From positions 14,572,001 to 14,632,000 of the forward strand of contig OZ249436.1 of the NCBI GenBank assembly GCA_965235115.1: DNA of 60,000 nucleotides, written 5' to 3'. Shown here one piece after another: positions 50,901-60,000 of the stretch. The position numbers and the translations under genes were made by a program. The notes under the pieces were generated by a model, which was not told the origin of the DNA, ran no database searches, and saw only the letters and a program-made list of their open reading frames with translations. This stretch comes from Laetmonice hystrix. Its lineage: Eukaryota. How positions within the stretch are numbered: the stretch's first letter is position 1; the number at the start of each line of letters is the position of its first letter.

Positions 50901-53900
50901 TATATTACTGGCTACTGTTGTATACAAGCAAACGGTACAGGGAAGACAAACAATACAGTGAGGAATCGCTACAAGGTACTGGCTGGCCTAGCACCCCAGC
51001 GAACACTACAGTGAGGCCAAAGAGTAGAGTAAGGCTAAACAGTACACTGTGAGGCCAAGCAGTGTGGGAGGCCAACCAGTAGAGTGAGAAGTCACTGCAT
51101 CTTACTGACTGGCCTAGTAGCCATGCAGACACTACAGTCAGGTAGTGGAAATGAAAGGTACTGGCGAGGAGCATTTAATGTTAAAATCTGGAGAAGAAAC
51201 TCAAATGGGAAGTATACACATCACAACCATATATCTGTAGCGAACGTACGAGACCTATACGTTTGACAGTTACACATCTGGCCTAAGAATCATAACTTTG
51301 GGGGGCGTAGTTTCAATTTGACGTATCAGAAATGTAGCCATTTTTCGCTTTTCATTGCTTTAACCTAAGAGCCACCGGTGCCCGCCAGCCCGGCCAGGTA
51401 TACGTGGTGATTCCACCGGTAGCCGGAAGATGGCAGTGCAGTCGCCTCCCTCGCCGCCGCGTCAGTAGAGCTGCGCTGCACCCTGGTGTTTCTTGCCTGC
51501 AGCATCTCTGTACTCTTCCTTTGTTTGCTTCTTACTTGGGGATGGGATATCTGATATAGAAAAAGCGTACAGCGTCATTTGCCATTGTTAACTAAACCTT
51601 TACGGCAGCCAGTCATTGGGACGACCTGACAACGTTGTCGCATGCTTACAGATGGTTTGTAGGGGACACAGATTAGATGGGAGTAGATGATAGACGAAAA
51701 GTATGGCCTGCCTCCTGGACAATAAAGGCATGGAAACATGAAACGTGAGGCGTCTCTATATTACTGGCTACTGTTGTATACAAGCAAACGGTACAGGGAG
51801 GACAAACAGTACAGTGAGGAATCGCTACAAGGTACTGGCTGGCCTAGCACCCCAGCGAACACTACAGTGAGGCCAAAGAGTACAGTAAGGCTAAACAGTA
51901 CACTGTGAGGCCAAGCAGTGTGGGAGGCCAACCAGTAGAGTGAGAAGTCCCTACATCTTACCGACTGGCCTAGTAGCCATGCAAACACTACAGTCAGGTA
52001 GTGGAAATGAAAGGTACTGGCAAGGAGCATTTAATGTTAAAATCTGGAGAAGATACTTAAATGGGAAGTATACACATCACAACCATATATCTGTAGCGAA
52101 CGTACGAGACCTATACGTTTGACAATTATACATCATAACTTTGGGGGGCGTAGTTTCAATTTGACGTATCAGAAATGTAGCCATTTTTCGCTTCTCATTG
52201 CTTTAACCTAAGAGCCACAGGTGCCTGCCAGCCCGGCCAGGTATACGTGGTGATTCCACCGGTAGCCGGAAGATGGCAGTGCAGTCGCTTCCCCCTCCGC
52301 CGCTTCAGTAGAGCTGCGCTGCACCCTGGTGTTTCTTGCCTGCAGCATCTCTGTACTCTTTCTTTGTTTGCTTCTTACTTGGGGATGGGATATCTGATAT
52401 AGAAAAGGCGTACAACGTCATTTGCCATTGTTAACTAAACCTATACGGCAAGCAGTCATTGGGACGACCTGACAACGTTGTCGCATGCTTACAGATGGTT
52501 TGTAGGGGACACAGATTAGATGGGAGTAGATGATAGACGAAAAGTATGGCCTGCCTCCTGGACAATAAAGGCATGGAAACATGAAACATGAGATGTCCCT
52601 ATATTACTGGCTACTGTTGTATACAAGCAAACGGTACAGGGAGGACAAACAGTACAGTGAGGAATCGCTACAAGGTACTGGCTGGCCTAGCACCCCAGCG
52701 AACGCTACAGTGAGGCCAAAGAGTGCAGTGAGGCCAAACAATACACTGTGAGACTGTGAGGCCAAGCAGTGTGGGAGGCCAACCAGTAGAGTGAGAAGTC
52801 CCTACATCTTACCGACTGGCCTAGTAGCCATGCAAACACTACAGTCAGGTAGTGGAAATGAAAGGTACTGGCGAGGAGCATTTAATGTTAAAATCTGGAG
52901 AAGATACTTAAATGGGAAGTATACACATCACAACCATATATCTGTAGCGAACGTACGAGACCTATACGTTTGACAATTATACATCATAACTTTGGGGGGC
53001 GTAGTTTCAATTTGACGTATCAGAAATGTAGCCATTTTTCGCTTCTCATTGCTTTAACCTAAGAGCCACAGGTGCCTGCCAGCCCGGCCAGGTATACGTG
53101 GTGATTCCACCGGTAGCCGGAAGATGGCAGTGCAGTCGCCTCCCCCGCCGCCGCTTCAGTAGAGCTGCGCTGCACCCTGGTGTTTCTTGCCTGCAGCATC
53201 TCTGTACTCTTTCTTTGTTTGCTTCTTACTTGGGGATGGGATATCTGATATAGAAAAGGCGTACAACGTCATTTGCCATTGTTAACTAAACCTATATGGC
53301 AAGCAGTCATTGGGACGACCTGACAACGTTGTCGCATGCTTACAGATGGTTTGTAGGGGACACAGATTAGATGGGAGTAGATGATAGACGAAAAGTATGG
53401 CCTGCCTCCTGGACAATAAAGGCATGGAAACATGAAACATGAGATGTCCCTATATTACTGGCTACTGTTGTTTACAAGCAAACGGTACAGGGAGGACAAA
53501 CAGTACAGTGAGGAATCGCTACAAGGTACTGGCTGGCCTAGCACCCCAGCGAACACTACAGTGAGGCCAAAGAGTACAGTGAGGCCAAACAATACACTGT
53601 GAGACTGTGAGGCCAAGCAGTGTGGGAGGCCAACCAGTAGAGTGAGAAGTCCCTACATCTTACCGACTGGCCTAGTAGCCATGCAAACACTACAGTCAGG
53701 TAGTGGAAATGAAAGGTACTGGCGAGGAGCATTTAATGTAAAAAAACTGGAGAAGATACTCAAATGGCGCGGAAGTATACACGTCACAACCATATATCTG
53801 TAGCGAACGTACGAGACCTATACGTCTGACAGGTATACATCTGGCCTAAGAATCATAACTTTGGGGGGCGTAGTTTCAATTTGACGTATCAGAAATGTAG

Positions 53901-56900
53901 CCATTTCTCGCTTTTCATTGCTTTAACCTAAGAGCCACAGGTGCCTGCCAGCCCGGCCAGGTATACGTGGTGATTCCACCGGTAGCCGGAAGATGGCAGT
54001 GCAGTCGCCTCCCCCGCCGCCGCTTCAGTAGAGCTGCGCTGCACCCTGGTGTTTCTTGCCTGCAACATCTCTGTACTCTTTCTTTGTTTGTTTCTTACTT
54101 GGGGATGGGATATCTGATATAGAAAAAGCGTACAACGTCATTTGCTATTTTTAACTAAACCTTTACGGCAAACAGTCATTGGGACGACCTGACAACGTTG
54201 TCGCACGCTTACAGATGGTTTGTAGGGGACACAGATTAGATGGGAGTAGATGATAGCCGAAAAGTATGGCCTGCCTCCTGGACAATAAAGGCATGGAAAC
54301 ATGAAACATGAGGCGTCCCTATATTACTGGCTACTGTTGTATACAAGCAGACGGTACAGGGAGGACAAACAGTACAGTGAGGAATCGCTACAAGGTACTG
54401 GCTGGCCTAGCACCCCAGCGAACACTACAGTGCGGCCAAAGAGTACAGTGAGGCCAAACAATACACTGTGAGACTGTGAGGCCAAGCAGTGTCGGAGGCC
54501 AACCAGTAGAGTGAGAAGTCCCTACATCTTACCGACTGGCCTAGTAGCCATGCAAACACTACGGTGAGGTAGTGGAAATGAAAGGTACTGGCGAGGAGCA
54601 TCTAATGTTAAAATCTGGAGAAGATACTCAAATGGCGCGGAAGTATACACATCACAACCATATATCTGTAGCGAACGTACGAAACCTATACGTTTGACAG
54701 TTACACATCTGGCCTAACAATCATAATTTGGGGGGCGTAGTTTCAATTTGACGTATCAGAAATGTAGCCATTTTTCGCTTCTCATTGCTTTAACCTAAGA
54801 GCCACAGGTGCCTGCCAGCCCGGCCAGGTATACGTGGTGATTCCACCGGTAGCCGGAAGATGGCAGTGCAGTCGCCTCCCCCGCCGCCGCTTCAGTAGAG
54901 CTGCGCTGCACCCTGGTGTTTCTTGCCTGCAGCATCTCTGTACTCTTTCTTTGTTTGCTTCTTACTTGGGGATGGGATATCTGATATAGAAAAGGCGTAC
55001 AACGTCATTTGCCATTGTTAACTAAACCTATACGGCAAGCAGTCATTGGGACGACCTGACAACGTTGTCGCATGCTTACAGATGGTTTGTAGGGGACACA
55101 GATTAGATGGGAGTAGATGATAGACGAAAAGTATGGCCTGCCTCCTGGACAATAAAGGCATGGAAACATGAAACATGAGATGTCCCTATATTACTGGCTA
55201 CTGTTGTATACAAGCAAACGGTACAGGGAGGACAAACAGTACAGTGAGGAATCGCTACAAGGTACTGGCTGGCCTAGCACCCCAGCGAACACTACAGTGA
55301 GGCCAAAGAGTACAGTGAGGCCAAACAATACACTGTGAGACTGTGAGGCCAAGCAGTGTGGGAGGCCAACCAGTAGAGTGAGAAGTCCCTACATCCTACC
55401 GACTGGCCTAGTAGCCATGCAAACACTACAGTCAGGTAGTAGAAATGAAAGGTACTGGCGAGGAGCATTTAATGTTAAAATCTGGAGAAGATACTTAAAT
55501 GGGAAGTATACACATCACAACCATATATCTGTAGCGAACGTACGAGACCTATACGTTTGACAGTTATACATCTGGCCTAAGAATCATAACTTTGGGGGGC
55601 GTAGTTTCAATTTGACGTATCAGAAATGTAGCCATTTCTCGCTTTTCATTGCTTTAACCTAAGAGCCACCGGTGCCCGGCAGCCCGGCCAGGTATACGTG
55701 GTGATTCCACCGGTAGCCGGAAGATGGCAGTGCAGTCGCCTCCCTCGCCGCCGCTTCAGTAGAGCTGCGCTGCACCCTGGTGTTTCTTGCCTGCAGCATC
55801 TCTGTACTCTTTCTTTGTTGGCTTCTTACTTGGGGATGGGATATCTGATATAGAAAAAGCGTACAACGTCATTTGCCATTGTTAACTAAACCTTTACGGC
55901 AGCCAGTCATTGGGATGACCTGACAACGTTGTCGCACGCTTAAAGATGGTCTGTAGGGGCCACAGATTAGATGGGAGTAGATGATAGACGAAACGTATGG
56001 CCTGCTTCCTGGACAATAAAGGCATTGAAACATGAAACATGAGATGTCCCTATATTACTGGCTACTGTTGTATACAAGCAAACGGTACAGGGAGGACAAA
56101 CAGTACAGTGAGGAATCGCTACAAGGTACTGGCTGGCCTAGCACCCCAGCGAACACTACAGTGAGGCCAAAGAGTACAGTGAGGCCAAACAATACACTGT
56201 GAGACTGTGATGCCAAGCAGTGTGGGAGGCCAACCAGTAGAGTGAGAAGTCCCTACATCTTACTGACTGGCCTAGTAGCCATGCAAACACTACAGTCAGG
56301 TAGTGGAAATTAAAGGTACTGGCGAGGAGCATTGGAGAAGAAACTCAAATGGAAAGTATAGACATCACAACCATATATCTGTAGCGAACGTACGAAACCT
56401 AAACGTTTGACAGTTACACATCTGGCCTAACAATCATAACTTTGGGGGGCGTAGTTTCAATTTGACGTATCAGAAATGTAGCCATTTTTCGCTTCTCATT
56501 GCTTTAACCTAAGAGCCACAGGTGCCTGCCAGCCCGGCCAGGTATACGTGGTGATTCCACCGGTAGCCGGAAGATGGCAGTGCAGTCGCCTCCCCCGCCG
56601 CCGCTTCAGTAGAGCTGCGCTGCACCCTGGTGTTTCTTGCCTGCAGCATCTCTGTACTCTTTCTTTGTTTGCTTCTTACTTGGGGATGGGATATCTGATA
56701 TAGAAAAGGCGTACAACGTCATTTGCCATTGTTAACTAAACCTATACGACAAGCAGTCATTGGGACGACCTGACAACGTTGTCGCATGCTTACAGATGGT
56801 ATGTAGGGGACACAGATTAGATGGGAGTAGATGATAGACGAAAAGTATGGCCTGCCTCCTGGACAATAAAGGCATGGAAACATGAAACATGAGATGTCCC

Positions 56901-57225
56901 TATATTACTGGCTACTGTTGTATACAAGCAAACGGTACAGGGAGGACAAACAGTACAGTGAGGAATCGCTACAAGGTACTGGCTGGCCTAGCACCCCAGC
57001 GAACACTACAGTGAGGCCAAAGAGTACAGTGAGGCCAAACAATACACTGTGAGACTGTGAGGCCAAGCAGTGTGGGAGGCCAACCAGTAGAGTGAGAAGT
57101 CCCTACATCTTACCGACTGGCCTAGTAGCCATGCAAACCCTACAGTCAGGTAGTGGAAATGAAAGGTACTGGCGAGGAGCATTTAATGTAAAAAAACTGG
57201 AGAAGATACTCAAATGGCGCGGAAG

Positions 57226-57233
57226 TAGGCCTA
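57226..57233. mobile_element. Second independent TA-GGCC-TA footprint
   Basis: Related monomers read GGAAG-TA-TACAC, while this one reads GGAAG-TA-GGCC-TA-TACAC. Confidence 0.6.
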
Positions 57234-58556
57234 TACACGTCACAACCATATATCTGTAGCGAACGTACGAGACCTATACGTCTGACAGGTATACATCTGG
57301 CCTAAGAATCATAACTTTGGGGGGCGTAGTTTCAATTTGACGTATCAGAAATGTAGCCATTTCTCGCTTTTCACTGCTTTAACCTAAGAGCCACAGGTGC
57401 CCGCCAGCCCGGCCAGGTATACGTGGTGATTCCACCGGTAGCCGGAAGATGGCAGTGCAGTCGCCTCCCCCGCCGGCGCTTCAGTAGAGCTGCGCTGCAC
57501 CCTGGTGTTTCTTGCCTGCAGCATCTCTGTACTCTTTCTTTGTTTGCTTCTTACTTGGGGATGGGATATCTGATATAGAAAAGGCGTACAACGTCATTTG
57601 CCATTGTTAACTAAACCTATACGGCAAGCAGTCATTGGGACGACCTGACAACGTTGTCGCATGCTTACAGATGGTTTGTAGGGGACACAGATTAGATGGG
57701 AGTAGATGATAGACGAAACGTATTGCCTGCTTCCTGGACAATAAAGGCATGGAAACATGAAACATGAGGCGTCCCTATATTACTGGCTACTGTTGTATAC
57801 AAGCAAACGGTACAGGGAAGACAAACAATACAGTGAGGAATCGTTACAAGGTACTGGCTGGCCTAGCACCCCAGCGAACACTACAGTGAGGCCAAAGAGT
57901 ACAGTAAGGCTAAACAGTACACTGTGAGGCCAAGCAGTGTGGGAGGCCAACCAGTAGAGTGAGAAGTCCCTACATCTTACCGACTGGCCTAGTAGCCATG
58001 CAAACACTACAGTCAGCTAGTGGAAATGAAAGGTACTGGCGAGGAGCATTTAATGTTAAAATCTGGAGAAGATACTTAAATGGGAAGTATACACATCACA
58101 ACCATATATCTGTAGCGAACGTACGAGACCTATACGTTTGACAATTACACATCTGGCCTAACAATCATAACTTTGGGGGGGCGTAGTTTCAATTTGACGT
58201 ATCAGAAATGTAGCCATTTTTCGCTTCTCATTGCTGTAACCTAAGAGCCACAGGTGCCTGCCAGCCCGGCCAGGTATACGTGGTGATTCCACCGGTAGCC
58301 GGAAGATGGCAGTGCAGTCGCCTCCCCCGCCGCCGCTTCAGTAGAGCTGCGCTGCACCCTGGTGTTTCTTGCCTGCAGCATCTCTGTACTCTTTCTTTGT
58401 TTGCTTCTTACTTGGGGATGGGATATCTGATATAGAAAAGGCGTACAACGTCATTTGCCATTGTTAACTAAACCTATACGGCAAGCAGTCATTTGGACGA
58501 CCTGACAACGTTGTCGCATGCTTACAGATGGTTTGTAGGGGACACAGATTAGATGC

Positions 58557-58673
58557 TAAAGAGCTTTCGGTGGAGACCCTTTGGTCAAAATTAAATTGAT
58601 GAAAATTATCACCTGTTATTATAAAATGGCCGAGAGCAGAGTGGGGTCACGAACCCACCCGGATCCGCGCCTG
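58557..58673. mobile_element. Possible one-ended fragment of a short DNA-transposon-derived repeat at the array's right junction
   Basis: Ends in GGATCCGCGCCTG, resembling CAGGCGCGGATCC-type termini of invertebrate MITEs. No partner terminus was seen. Confidence 0.25.
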
Positions 58674-59463
58674 TCTATACAGTGATGCAACGCCTAGATA
58701 ATGTATTTAAAAAAAATATAAATTGGGATTCGCTGATAGCAAAATACTGTACTTGACCTCACAGACCCCCTCCATATAGCACGTTCCAGATTTAGTGCAA
58801 GTGCCCCTCGTGCCCGATTGTGCTGGGGTACATGAAAACAAAGCCGGCCCTTAGGTGGACTGTTTTACTATTTTAATGTGGATAATCTGACCACAATGTC
58901 AATCATTTTTTAAAACGTATCAGAGAACTCAACGTTAGTGATCACAACATGACAACAGACCGTGACATATGTATGGAACCCTGAGAATACTACCCTTCAT
59001 ACAGCTGGCGATATCTATTATTTCTTTCCTTTTCTTTCCTTTAAAAACTGCGATCAGTTCTCGCCACCCCCTCCCCCCCCCCCCCCCGCTCCACCATGCT
59101 GCGTGCACATAGCTGTCATCTGAGAAGTACTGAGATTCTTACTTCAAAAATAGTTAATCCCCTTCAATCTCTCGGAACCCCCCCCCCCCCCTCCGTCCCC
59201 GGCCTTCTTACAAACGGCAGCTTACAGAAGGTGGTCATATACATGTAACGTTGTTTTACATTCTCCGGTATTGGATTTCACAGCTCTGACGCACACCTTC
59301 TCTTCCCAAGCATTATCTTCTCTGATTACTGTGCGCGTAAAGTAATTCGACAGATCGTCTCGCAATTTAATGACACTTTACTGTCCAACCATATATAACC
59401 GACAATTTTTACCCTGAATACTGTACAGCAATCAGTTGGTCTCTCAACCTCAAACCTTCCATG

Positions 59464-59684
59464 TAATGCCTGATTTCCACCGCACGCGAGCAAGCAATTT
59501 GTTTTGGTGCGCATGTGCCAAAAGTAGAAATAGTATAAGAGATTGGCGTAATTTCCGCCAGACGCGTGCGCACTCGCTCTCTCGCGTCTGTTGGAAATTA
59601 CTGGAATCAAAACTATTTCTACTTTTGACACGCACGCGCACCAAAACAAATCGCTTGCTCACGTCTGGTGTAAATCGGGCATTA
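59464..59684. mobile_element. 221-bp fold-back MITE-like element (Harbinger-like, TAA/TTA at the ends)
   Basis: TAATGCCTGATTTCCACC...AAAAGTAGAAATAGT pairs over about 70 bp with ACTATTTCTACTTTT...GGTGTAAATCGGGCATTA. An inner inverted repeat is GTAATTTCCGCCAGACGCG/CGCGTCTGTTGGAAATTAC. Confidence 0.82.
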
Positions 59685-60000
59685 GACTACCTCCTGCACA
59701 TTTTGAACCACGATTAATTTAAATTAATCGTTTCTAAACGTAACCAGTAGTCACGATTCTTTATCTGCCGTTTCCTGGCACATTCATTCTGTTGAAGTTA
59801 GTTCAAAACGTATCAGATAATATAGAATTCGAAACAGACGTTTATTTAAACGTAAACATCTGTCAGCGAAGAGGCACGGACTTATCTTGACAGTATTGAA
59901 GTAGATTTGCAATGATTATCCAAACTGTCAACTCAACCTAGAAAACATTCAGATCAGCAATTCAATCATGCTATGTAACATTTACTGAACGTTTTCTCAA

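Larger units (their letters stand above)
6121..58556. repeat. Macrosatellite: 61 head-to-tail monomers of about 856 bp plus a 56-bp partial monomer
   Basis: CCTGACAACGTT marks each monomer start (6121, 6979, 7835 ... 58501). ORF-track marker spacing is mostly 856 bp, with indel variants. Weak homology extends left to about 6106. The array ends at ...GATTAGATGC 58556. Confidence 0.99.

Noticed and set aside
7294..58141. Repeated 60-aa (+), 89-aa (-) and 72-aa (-) ORFs in the monomers
   Set aside because: The 60-aa ORF starts at GTG, and all three are lost by stops or frameshifts in many copies. None has a recognisable domain or synonymous bias.
58640..58660. tRNA T-arm-like GTGGGTTCGTGACCCCAC on the minus strand
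   Set aside because: The loop is 8 nt, and there is no A-box, anticodon arm or acceptor stem.

Overview
Eukaryotic (metazoan) genomic DNA with no recognisable protein-coding gene. The frequent TAGGCCTA octamer and the repeat types hint at a marine invertebrate, possibly an echinoderm (inference only). About 87% of the window (6121-58556) is one head-to-tail macrosatellite of 61 full monomers of about 856 bp (roughly 830-875 bp) plus a 56-bp partial monomer, built by multi-monomer block duplications. Each monomer carries three minus-strand acceptor/donor pairs (82-nt, 89-nt and 15- or 186-nt candidate exons), a GC-rich core with a CTCF/YY1/ETS-like motif, and an older 18-bp sub-repeat. This resembles a tandem-exon lncRNA or insulator array, but transcription is not proven. 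Comparing repeat copies shows independent TA to TA-GGCC-TA insertions that look like transposon excision footprints. The flanks hold a 33-bp minisatellite with a long, possibly coding ORF, a (TC)24 microsatellite, a G-rich 92-bp repeat, a ~34-bp minisatellite, two palindromic MITE-like elements and CTCF-like sites. Most short ORFs in the track are by-products of the repeats.
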